Origin: Candidatus Thorarchaeota archaeon
GTDB taxonomy: Archaea > Asgardarchaeota > Thorarchaeia > Thorarchaeales > Thorarchaeaceae
NCBI GenBank assembly: GCA_003345555.1
Contig: PRDJ01000063.1
Span: forward strand, 11,519 to 43,518
DNA length: 32,000 nucleotides
Reading direction: 5' to 3'
The notes under the pieces were generated by a model. That model had not been told where the DNA came from. It saw only the letters and a list, made by a program, of their open reading frames with translations, and ran no database searches. Below are positions 1 to 7,513 of this stretch, one piece after another (the first letter of the stretch is position 1; every line of letters begins with the position of its first letter). Both the position numbers and the translations under genes were made by a program.

Positions 1-116
1 GGATGAAATAGTCACTTCAGCGCGGACGGGATGGGTCGACGCTATTCTTCCCTCCGGCCTCGCGTTTTTTCTGGGAATGACACCTCTAGCGAGTTTGGCT
101 CGTGCGCAAGAAAAAG

Positions 117-228
117 TGGAGCCTCGGGCGAGTCTTGAACTCGCGACCTTCCGCTTTTCCGGCCTGCAGGCTGCGCTCCTGCTGCAAAGCTTACAAGGCG
201 GATGCTATAACCCCTAAGCCACCGAGGC
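117..228 (-). tRNA. tRNA-Thr(UGU) with 36-nt intron at canonical 37/38 (intron 156..191), CCA encoded
   Basis: Reverse complement folds as GCCTCGG/CCGAGGC acceptor, TCCGC/GCGGA anticodon stem, loop CT-TGT-A|A, GCGAG/CTCGC T stem, U73, CCA. The intron forms a hairpin with a relaxed BHB. TATA-like TTTATTA lies at 259..265 on the minus strand. Confidence 0.93.
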
Positions 229-383
229 CTGACTTGGCTGAAAACCAACCCAGTTCTCTAATAAAGGTTTATCATGATTGCAGCAATAACCACAGGCTTC
301 GTCAGTGAGAACGTATGAAATCCATGTCCATCTGTTTCCCTTGCAGAGTCCGTCTCGCTCCGCTTCAGTGTGTCGTCGCTGTT

Positions 384-926
384 CTATACATTGAGACTAG
401 CATCACTAACCACTATGGCATAAGCAAGAAGCAAGAGTCTGTCCATCTCAGGATCCTCAATGTCAATCACGTATGTTTCTACGAACCCTGGACCTAGATG
501 AGACATTCGTTCCCAACAGCCCGCTTTCGTGATAGTCGCGCAGTCTCCGCCGCCCCTTCTTGGATTGCTTATTACGAACTCCCATCTGACTGCATTGCCT
601 GTTGCCCTGAGCAATTCCTCGTTGTCAGTCGAATACATTCTCATGAAATCTTTGAATCCGCCTGCTGTTCTCTTGGCTCTGCCTAGCTGCCTTCCAGCAG
701 CATCCGTGACATCGTAAACAGGATTCAAACCCGTGGTCTTTCTGTGCACTGCACACAGAACACTACTATCGGTATCAAGGACCTGAATCTCGGTTCGCAT
801 GAGCAGAAGCTTACGCTTCACGGAACCGACTGCTTCACCCGCCTCATTCTCTATGTCACCAGCTCCGACTTTCCACGCTTTCCCGCTCAGAATGTAGCGC
901 ATTATTGACGGGTCCAGCAATCTCAT
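384..926 (-). CDS. LURP-one-related / scramblase (Tubby-C-like beta-barrel) protein
   Basis: 180 aa with repeated 'I.d..G..vG.vkrk' beta-hairpin units and a C-terminal hydrophobic helix (DRLLLLAYAIVV), the typical architecture of this family. TATA-like TTAAAT lies at 962..967 on the minus strand. Confidence 0.75.
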   Translation of the reverse strand: MRLLDPSIMRYILSGKAWKVGAGDIENEAGEAVGSVKRKLLLMRTEIQVLDTDSSVLCAVHRKTTGLNPVYDVTDAAGRQLGRAKRTAGGFKDFMRMYSTDNEELLRATGNAVRWEFVISNPRRGGGDCATITKAGCWERMSHLGPGFVETYVIDIEDPEMDRLLLLAYAIVVSDASLNV

Positions 927-1038
927 GATGACATGCCTTCTGCGAGTCCTCTCTTTACAGCATTTAAGCCAATCTGGAGCAGAGCGTTGTCCTTGGGTCT
1001 CCTTGCATATACAGGGGGTCGTTTACCCGTCAATAATG
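900..1038. repeat. 14-bp perfect inverted repeat pair (900..913 / 1025..1038)
   Basis: CATTATTGACGGGT at 900..913 is the exact reverse complement of ACCCGTCAATAATG at 1025..1038; the spacer is 111 bp. Confidence 0.9.
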
Positions 1039-1222
1039 GCAGTCTGCTCAATCACATCGAGGACATCTTTATGAGTCCTCACGTAGACATAGAGAATTGA
1101 CACTGCTGCGCCAGAAAGGGGCAGCATCACGCGTGTGATACAAAGAAACAATATTCAAGAGAAGACTAAAATATCACACAGAACACGGCTGCCTCGAACG
1201 GAGTGCCACAAGGTGATACCGG

Positions 1223-2137
1223 ATGCAGATTGATGAGATCTTTGACAATCTACTAGCTGCCATGGGCATAGGCACAGGAGTATTCTTCATTATCTACACT
1301 GCAATCTTTGTCGGTATCATCCTGTTTCTAGTACATCGTATGCAAGCCGGCAGCAAAGGACTGCCGGAGGGCGTCACTAGGATAATCGCCTCCACAGGTG
1401 ACGTGTCCGCAGGGATTGTAGGAGCCAAGAAGCTGAAATTCATCAAGACGCCTTCTACAGCTCTGGTGTTTCTGAAAATCGAAGAGAATGCAATCCAACA
1501 GGCACTCTCTGCCGCCGATTACTTCGCTCAGCAAGGCGAGATTGATGAGTCAACAAAGAGCAAGATAGCTGAGGCATACCAAGCACGACTTGACGCTGTA
1601 CGAACAGCCATTGCCAGAGACGAAGAGCTCAGAGAAGTGATGGCGACATCCTCGGCTGTAGACAAGGCTCGTTCTGATTACCTAAGAAAGATGGCCGCTA
1701 TGTCCGGGACGGCGGTCGAAGCGGAGACAGAGGCCGCAGGGCCGACAAGCGTGGGTATGCCTACTCCGGGTCGACCATCAGGCCTCAAGCCCGGGAAGGG
1801 TTTGACAGCTCCGCCTGCAGGAGGTCCACCATCGGGAGGTCCACCATCAGGAGGCCCACCTTCAGGAGGCCCGCCGTCAGGTGGTCCGCCACTGGGCGGC
1901 CCCTCCTCTGAAGCTGCACCCAGTGCCGGAGGTCCGCCAGTTGCAGTTCCGGACATTGGTGGTCCGCCTTCTGGCCTGCCAATGCCATCATCCAGCCCGC
2001 CCAGCGGCCCATCTCCAGCTGTTGGCCCTGCTCCTGCCGCGAGCAGTCGACCAACACCAGCGGGAGCTGCTAAGAGTTCCCTCCAGTCGGAAATGCTTGC
2101 TGAGATGGAACGGCTTAGGGCTCTCATGGGTGAGTAA
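1223..2137 (+). CDS. Single-pass membrane protein: N-terminal TM, helical domain, long Gly/Pro/Ser low-complexity region, C-terminal amphipathic helix
   Basis: 304-aa ORF with hydrophobic segment GIGTGVFFIIYTAIFVGIILFLV, a helical middle region, GGPPS repeats and the C-terminus SSLQSEMLAEMERLRALMGE. Synonymous variation among the repeat units supports coding. Confidence 0.85.
   Translation: MQIDEIFDNLLAAMGIGTGVFFIIYTAIFVGIILFLVHRMQAGSKGLPEGVTRIIASTGDVSAGIVGAKKLKFIKTPSTALVFLKIEENAIQQALSAADYFAQQGEIDESTKSKIAEAYQARLDAVRTAIARDEELREVMATSSAVDKARSDYLRKMAAMSGTAVEAETEAAGPTSVGMPTPGRPSGLKPGKGLTAPPAGGPPSGGPPSGGPPSGGPPSGGPPLGGPSSEAAPSAGGPPVAVPDIGGPPSGLPMPSSSPPSGPSPAVGPAPAASSRPTPAGAAKSSLQSEMLAEMERLRALMGE
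1820..1909 (+). repeat. Six tandem 15-bp coding units (GGPPS x4, GGPPL, GGPSS)
   Basis: ggaggtccaccatcg, ggaggtccaccatca, ggaggcccaccttca, ggaggcccgccgtca, ggtggtccgccactg, ggcggcccctcctct; differences fall mostly at third codon positions. Confidence 0.95.
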
Positions 2138-2319
2138 ATCATCAACTCTTCGTTCTGGATAGGCTTTCCGAGGGACAGGACGCTATCGAGTATCGATTTC
2201 TGCTCTTCGCGCGCCAAGAGACCGGAGTACTGTAGTTGCAGCTTTTCTAACGCCGGGGAAGAGGCATTCGAACAAAACCAGTCTTGCCCCGTTATTAGGT
2301 GGGCTGGCTACAGATTAGT

Positions 2320-2538
2320 ATGCATGCTGAGAGATGGCACGTAGTAGGCGGCCAGGTCTACAGGCTGGCCAACGTATTTGCGACTAGCCGGGAAGCGGTG
2401 ATAGTGGCACGATTGCTGAGAAGCCGCCTTTACGTAGTCATATCTAGGGACGAAGATGGTTTCTGGGCCGTCTACTGGCGACCGAAGACCAATCCCGCAG
2501 AGTCGTCGACGGGATGTTGTGGAGTTACCAGAGCATAA
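2320..2538 (+). CDS. Small hypothetical protein (72 aa from ATG 2320; ORF open from GTG 2299)
   Basis: Fills an otherwise empty gap. Globular-looking beta-alpha-beta-beta pattern (VYRLANVFATSREAVIVARLLR...WAVYWRP). Confidence 0.55.
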   Translation: MHAERWHVVGGQVYRLANVFATSREAVIVARLLRSRLYVVISRDEDGFWAVYWRPKTNPAESSTGCCGVTRA

Positions 2539-2636
2539 AGCATCTTGACCCAATACAGAATCAGACTCTCTCGGAAGCCTTATTGAGCGGATGAACCGAT
2601 ACGATTTGTACAGCCTGTGGAGACGTCCGAAGGGAA

Positions 2637-3320
2637 TTGTCAGAGGCAAAGGCAAATGCGGCTAGGAGTGTACTGAAGCTACTCCCAAGGGAGGGTGCAA
2701 TCGGGCTTGGAAGCGGCTCCACGGTAGCTCTCTTTGCAGAAGGGCTCGGCCGTCAAGTTTCTGAAGGCAAGACGAAAGTATCAGTTGTCCCGACTTCATA
2801 TCAAGCCTATCGACTTGCAGTAGAGTACAAAATACCTCTGACCAATCTTGATCTTAATCCCGAGCTCTTGCTCACCGTGGATGGGGCCGACGAAGTCGAC
2901 AGGCAGCTAAACCTCACAAAAGGCGGTGGAGGTGCGCTCCTTCGGGAGAAGGTGGTTGCTGCAGCTTCTCGAAAACTCGCAATAATCATTGACGAATCGA
3001 AACTAGTTGACAACCTCGGAATCAAGTTTCCGATTCCAATTGAGGTCTTGCCCTTTTCGCTCGGGTTTGTCAGAAGAAGAATAGACACGATGGGCATTGC
3101 TTCATCCATTCGTGAATCCCAAGGCAAGCTGGGTCCAGTCATCACGGACAACGGCAATTTCATAATTGACCTCAAGTTCCCCAAACCCATTAGTGATCTA
3201 GCTGGTACGTCGACCGGTTTGAAGATGATTCCAGGCGTTGTGGAGACCGGTCTCTTCGTTGGCATGGCAAACGAAGTGCACGTTGGTACTGCGACCAAAT
3301 CCTATGTGCTCAAGAAATAG
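2637..3320 (+). CDS. rpiA: Ribose-5-phosphate isomerase A
   Basis: Signature motifs IGLGSGST, VDGADEVD and KGGGGALLREK, plus ITDNGNFIID and GVVETGLF. TTG start. Confidence 0.97.
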   Translation: MSEAKANAARSVLKLLPREGAIGLGSGSTVALFAEGLGRQVSEGKTKVSVVPTSYQAYRLAVEYKIPLTNLDLNPELLLTVDGADEVDRQLNLTKGGGGALLREKVVAAASRKLAIIIDESKLVDNLGIKFPIPIEVLPFSLGFVRRRIDTMGIASSIRESQGKLGPVITDNGNFIIDLKFPKPISDLAGTSTGLKMIPGVVETGLFVGMANEVHVGTATKSYVLKK

Positions 3321-3329
3321 CCAAGGGCA

Positions 3330-3440
3330 TGGCGGGCCCGGTGGGATTCGGACCCACGATCACCAACTTAGGAGGCTGGTGCTTTATAATCCTCTCACAA
3401 GAATACGCGTTCTCGCAAGTCCAGGCTAAGCCACGGGCCC
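3330..3440 (-). tRNA. tRNA-Arg(CCU) with 33-nt D-loop intron (about 3388..3420), CCA encoded
   Basis: GGGCCCG/CGGGCCC acceptor, CCAGC/GTTGG anticodon stem, CT-CCT-AA loop. Removing 33 nt gives D-loop AGCCTGGATA, matching AGCTTGGACA of tRNA-Arg(UCG) in this window. TATA-like TTTAAC lies near 3466..3471 on the minus strand. Confidence 0.92.
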
Positions 3441-3525
3441 AAAGCGACTGAGTTTGTGGCAGGCTGTTAAAGCTTTTGAAGTTCCTCAACCTATTCTCGG
3501 CCAAAGAACTGGAGAGAATGAAGTT

Positions 3526-5190
3526 CTAGTCAATATCTCCTGACTGCGCTACCTTTGCCGTAAGAGTCGCATTCTCTTCCAAGGCGTCTACGAGGGCGCT
3601 TCCCTGTCTTGTCTTAATCCGTATTGATGCCTCTCCATTTCGACCGGTTACCGTTGTGAGAAGGTACTGGTCGTTAGCAAAGATGTCTAATCGCATCTTC
3701 ACGTACTTCTTGCCAGCATACACCGTGACTTTCTTGTGCGAGTAGCTTACCGAAATTGGGACGCTTTCTCCCGGTGTCCCCCGTTCGAAGGTCTCTCGGC
3801 GTTCCCCCATAACAGGTCGGGTCTCACCGTGAACGGGAACCACGACTTTCTCTCCACCGAAAGTGAATATCTCGTATTCAAGCACTCCGCGCTCAAAGTC
3901 ACGTACCTCAATGACAGGTCTCGCTAAGTCTCTTTGTGAGCTGCTCATTCCAGTTGGGAGCTTGACCTTTAAGGAGAGGGCAGCAACTTTCGCAACACGC
4001 CCTGCCTCTATATGTAAGACAGTATCCACAGTGCTTGGCAGCTGGCCCAATTCAACTCGGCCACCGAGTATCAACCGCTGTATGGCATCAATGGCAGAGC
4101 CGGCATGCACTACTCCTACCATGCCGACACCTGCAGATCTCAGGTCGGAATACACCTGAAAGTCAGAGTTCTTTCGTAATTCGTCGTATACAACATAGTC
4201 TGGCCGTACCAGCAGTAGGATGTCTGCGGTCTTCTCCATGCTTCGATCAAGCGGAGCATACTGAACGATATCATCAGTTACTTGAAGGTCTCGAGGTTGC
4301 TCCAATGTCTTGACAACATTTCCCTTCTTACTATAGAACTCTGCAAGTGCAGCTGCAAACGTACTCTTTCCGGATCCGGGCGAGCCCGAAATGAGAATGC
4401 CTTCGGCACGGCTTTCTAGCCTGTTCATGAGTTTCGGGCTAAGGCCATAGTAATCGATGTCGAGCTTCGTGATGGGACGAATCGCTGAGATTTCCATCTT
4501 GTCACTAAAAGGTGGACGCGCGATGGCGATACGGTAGTTTCTGAGTTGAACGACTGTCGCACCGAATTCCTCGATTTCTATGAATGAGGCTCTGTCCTGC
4601 CGTGCTCTCTCGAGTATTGTATTGGCTAGCTGATCCAGTTCCTCAAAAGCGAGAACATGGTCTGACAGGTCCACCAATTCCCAATCTCCGGGTTCTCCTC
4701 TCTTTGCCCGGGGAGGATTGTTCTCCACGAGATGGACACTCATGGTACGTTCATCGAAGAACTCCTCTAGGGTGACAATAGAATCGGGGCGTTTCTTTGC
4801 AATTACAGTCACCTCGAGTCCCATGATACGACCCGCCGCCGCTTGGACACTGTCAGATGTCACTAGCGTCGCGCCAAGCTTTGATGCAGTATCACGAACC
4901 AAAGCATCCAATTCGCCCCTGTCTGCATCATGGACTTGGGCAATAGATGGTCTCTCGCCGGTGAATTCCAGCACGATGATACCGTTATCGGCGAGAGATC
5001 TGAGTCGTTCAAGTTCATTGAGGCCTAGCTTTCCTACGTCCCTCTTCTGATTCGCCATGTGCTCGATTTCTGCCAGTACAACGTTCGGGACGACTATTCG
5101 AAATCCTCTGTAGTCCCCGGATTCCACTTGGTGCGATACCCACCCGTCTATTACTACGCTAGTGTCAAGCACAATGACATTGTTCGTCAT
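3526..5190 (-). CDS. PIN-domain / VirB11-like ATPase (PINA family)
   Basis: N-terminal PIN acidic residues (LDTSVV, AEIEH, GELDAL, VTSD), Walker A GSPGSGKST, Walker B VYDELR and GMVGVVHAGSAIDAIQR. Starts at ATG 5190 or GTG 5193, overlapping the upstream stop codon. Confidence 0.92.
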   Translation of the reverse strand: MTNNVIVLDTSVVIDGWVSHQVESGDYRGFRIVVPNVVLAEIEHMANQKRDVGKLGLNELERLRSLADNGIIVLEFTGERPSIAQVHDADRGELDALVRDTASKLGATLVTSDSVQAAAGRIMGLEVTVIAKKRPDSIVTLEEFFDERTMSVHLVENNPPRAKRGEPGDWELVDLSDHVLAFEELDQLANTILERARQDRASFIEIEEFGATVVQLRNYRIAIARPPFSDKMEISAIRPITKLDIDYYGLSPKLMNRLESRAEGILISGSPGSGKSTFAAALAEFYSKKGNVVKTLEQPRDLQVTDDIVQYAPLDRSMEKTADILLLVRPDYVVYDELRKNSDFQVYSDLRSAGVGMVGVVHAGSAIDAIQRLILGGRVELGQLPSTVDTVLHIEAGRVAKVAALSLKVKLPTGMSSSQRDLARPVIEVRDFERGVLEYEIFTFGGEKVVVPVHGETRPVMGERRETFERGTPGESVPISVSYSHKKVTVYAGKKYVKMRLDIFANDQYLLTTVTGRNGEASIRIKTRQGSALVDALEENATLTAKVAQSGDID

Positions 5191-5825
5191 CACTGTTCAC
5201 CGGCCCGATTTCGTAAAGTCGCACGTGATACCTTATAGAAGTTCACTTCCCCGTTCTGGTCCACGAGGGCAAATACAAGCTTCTTACGTGCAGCAGAGGC
5301 TGCTTCAGTGACCATGTCCAAGTCTTGAAGCGATATCGGTTCTCCTTCTTTGAGGACATACACAAGCTGGCTGGCGGTTGCCGCACTGGGCCTGTCTCCT
5401 CTTGCATAAACCCTGAATCCGATTCCTCCACCGAAACCCTGACGCACTGCGTATCCCCTGCTTCTGAGGTCTCTGAATACCAGATAGCGGGTCCAGAGAT
5501 CAGGATCTCCTTTCATAAGTTCATCCACTATCTGCCTTGCTTCAATCTGCTCTCCGGTAAGTGACCTTGTGAGGATCCTTTTCCTTTCAAGAAGATGAAG
5601 CATTTCGACAGGGTCGAGCTGCAGTCTGCCGTCATCTAGACGGGTTCCGTAGAAACCATCCTGTGATATCCTATCAGCCTCGGCACCAGAAACGTAGCCG
5701 TACCTATCGTAGAATATGGCTTCCGCTGGTTCCTCCTGAAGCTCTGTCAGCTCTTCTGCAATTTTCTCGTCATCAGGATTTCCTGTTTCCTCTGACTCTG
5801 GGTTCTCGCCATCTTTATCGGGCAA
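5190..5825 (-). CDS. tRNA-splicing endonuclease, probable structural (beta-type, non-catalytic) subunit
   Basis: EndA fold motifs (LQLDPVEMLHLLE, YLVFRDLRSRGY.VR.GFG....FRVY, ARKKLVFALVD), but the catalytic Tyr (KYG) and His positions are absent. Probable TTG start at 5825; the ORF is open from 5888. Confidence 0.85.
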   Translation of the reverse strand: MPDKDGENPESEETGNPDDEKIAEELTELQEEPAEAIFYDRYGYVSGAEADRISQDGFYGTRLDDGRLQLDPVEMLHLLERKRILTRSLTGEQIEARQIVDELMKGDPDLWTRYLVFRDLRSRGYAVRQGFGGGIGFRVYARGDRPSAATASQLVYVLKEGEPISLQDLDMVTEAASAARKKLVFALVDQNGEVNFYKVSRATLRNRAGEQ

Positions 5826-5925
5826 CCAGTCTCGCCTGATAGAGCAGGACCTCAGCCGATTCGAGAAAAACCCTTCGTCGAGGTACATTGCGAGAATCTA
5901 GGCAAGTATTTGGACCAGTGAGCCT

Positions 5926-6456
5926 GTGATGAAAAGCATGCTGGAAGAAGGCCTCAGAAGGTTCATCTCTGGGGCCAAACGTGTGGCGGTTCTAGGGATA
6001 GGGAACGACCTGAGAAGTGACGATGGTTTAGGCCCGTTTATAGTTGCGGGGTTGAATCTACAGCATCCGGACCTGATTGTAGAGAACGTTGGATCCGTTC
6101 CAGAGGCCTTTGCACGCCCTTTGGCCGATTTCGGTGCTGAGCGCGTAATCATGGTCGATGCAGCTGACATGAGAAAGCCCGCAGCGCACATCGACCTGAT
6201 AACAAAGGAGCGAATAGGCGGTATCACCATAAGTACACACAGCATGCCATTGTCTTTGCTCATGATGTACCTAGAGCAGGAGACTGGGGGCAAGACCGTC
6301 CTTCTCGGTGTGCAACCGAAAAGCATCGTTTTTGGCGAAGGGCTGACTCCCGAAGTACGGCTTGCTGCTCAGAAAGTTATTAGAATCCTGAGAAGAGTTC
6401 TGCAACAGCACTTGGGAGACTCCAGAGATGTTTCGGACGATAGAGTGGCTAGATGA
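5926..6456 (+). CDS. hycI: Hydrogenase 3 maturation endopeptidase (HycI-like)
   Basis: VLGIGNDLRSDDGLG, GSVPE, IMVDAAD, ISTHSMPL and LLGVQP motifs. Start is GTG 5926 or ATG 5929. Confidence 0.92.
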   Translation: MMKSMLEEGLRRFISGAKRVAVLGIGNDLRSDDGLGPFIVAGLNLQHPDLIVENVGSVPEAFARPLADFGAERVIMVDAADMRKPAAHIDLITKERIGGITISTHSMPLSLLMMYLEQETGGKTVLLGVQPKSIVFGEGLTPEVRLAAQKVIRILRRVLQQHLGDSRDVSDDRVAR

Positions 6457-7495
6457 TAACACAGTCCGCTACGTAGACCAGACAAAGCTTCCTCTTGTAG
6501 TGGAGCACGTGACTACTAGGGAGCACGAACGAATAGCACACGCGATTCAGCTGATGGAAATCAGAGGCGCACCTGCAATTGGTGCAGCCGCAGCCATGGG
6601 AATGGCACTGGCAGCACTGGAGAGTCACGCGGCATCAAAACCAGAATTAGTGCAGTCCCTAAAGCATGCCGCTATGTCATTGAACGTGCGCCCCACTGCC
6701 GTGAACCTGACTTGGGCAACCACTCGCATGTTGCGGTTGGCAGACACTGCGAAAGGCAGCGTAAGCGACACAATCAAGGCCCTGATAGATGAAGCGAAAG
6801 AAATCGCCGAAGAGGACATACGAATGTGCAGAAGCATAGGGGAGAATGCGTTACCGCTCATTAAGTCTGGCTGGACGATACAAACCATCTGTAATGCAGG
6901 ATCGTTGGCAACGGTTCTCCTTGGTACCGTGGGTGCTGTGATTCGAGTTGCAAATGAGAAGTACGGCAACATCAAGGTCTATGCTGCTGAGACTCGCCCA
7001 AGACAACAAGGTGCAAGGCTAACAGTGTTTGAATTCATGCAGGACGGTATAGACACTACCTTGATTACTGATGGAATGATTGGCACAGTGTTTCGGCAAG
7101 GACGGGTGAACTGCTGTGTTGTGGGCGCAGACAGGATATTGAAGACCGGCCATGTGACAAACAAGATAGGCACGTACACAATGGCGATCACTGCAAACTA
7201 TCACAAGATACCGTTCTATGTGGCAGCTCCGAGTTCGACAGTTGACATGGACAGTAGAATCGAGGGCGTCAAGATTGAAGAGCGCGACCCTGACGAGGTT
7301 CGAATCATAAACGGGCAGTATGTGACTGTGCCGACTGCGAAGGTATACAACCCCGCATTTGACGTGACACCACCCGAACTCATCTCTGCAATAATCACCG
7401 ATAGAGGAGTTGTGCGCAGGCCCAACGAACAAAAGATGAAGAAGCTCTTCGGGGCGTTGGCGCCAACAAGCACAAATTCCATTTCCTGCGAATAG
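6428..7495 (+). CDS. mtnA: S-methyl-5-thioribose-1-phosphate isomerase (eIF-2B alpha/beta/delta family)
   Basis: IRGAPAIG, RPTAVNL, CNAGSLAT, ETRP..QGARLT, VGADRI and NKIGTY motifs. The CNAG.LAT motif favours MtnA over R15P isomerase. Confidence 0.9.
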   Translation: MFRTIEWLDDNTVRYVDQTKLPLVVEHVTTREHERIAHAIQLMEIRGAPAIGAAAAMGMALAALESHAASKPELVQSLKHAAMSLNVRPTAVNLTWATTRMLRLADTAKGSVSDTIKALIDEAKEIAEEDIRMCRSIGENALPLIKSGWTIQTICNAGSLATVLLGTVGAVIRVANEKYGNIKVYAAETRPRQQGARLTVFEFMQDGIDTTLITDGMIGTVFRQGRVNCCVVGADRILKTGHVTNKIGTYTMAITANYHKIPFYVAAPSSTVDMDSRIEGVKIEERDPDEVRIINGQYVTVPTAKVYNPAFDVTPPELISAIITDRGVVRRPNEQKMKKLFGALAPTSTNSISCE

Positions 7496-7513
7496 CCGTG
7501 TGCATTCTGTGCT

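Noticed and set aside
2-217. Open plus-strand frame running in from the window edge
   Set aside because: It overlaps tRNA-Thr on the opposite strand and has no recognisable motif; it cannot be assessed without upstream sequence.
1820-1909. Tandem 15-bp repeats as a CRISPR array
   Set aside because: No spacers, in-frame coding, and variation is synonymous; there are no cas genes in the window.
1678-2217. 179-aa minus-strand ORF with GGPP repeats
   Set aside because: Antisense shadow of the GGPPS region; the plus-strand ORF has the TM and coherent architecture.
5826-5888. N-terminal 21 codons of the endonuclease ORF
   Set aside because: Likely part of the divergent promoter region shared with hycI; TTG 5825 is preferred, though not proven.
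6428-7495. True eIF-2B subunit or ribose-1,5-bisphosphate isomerase
   Set aside because: CNAG.LAT and ETRP..QGARLT motifs with the catalytic Cys and Asp fit MtnA.
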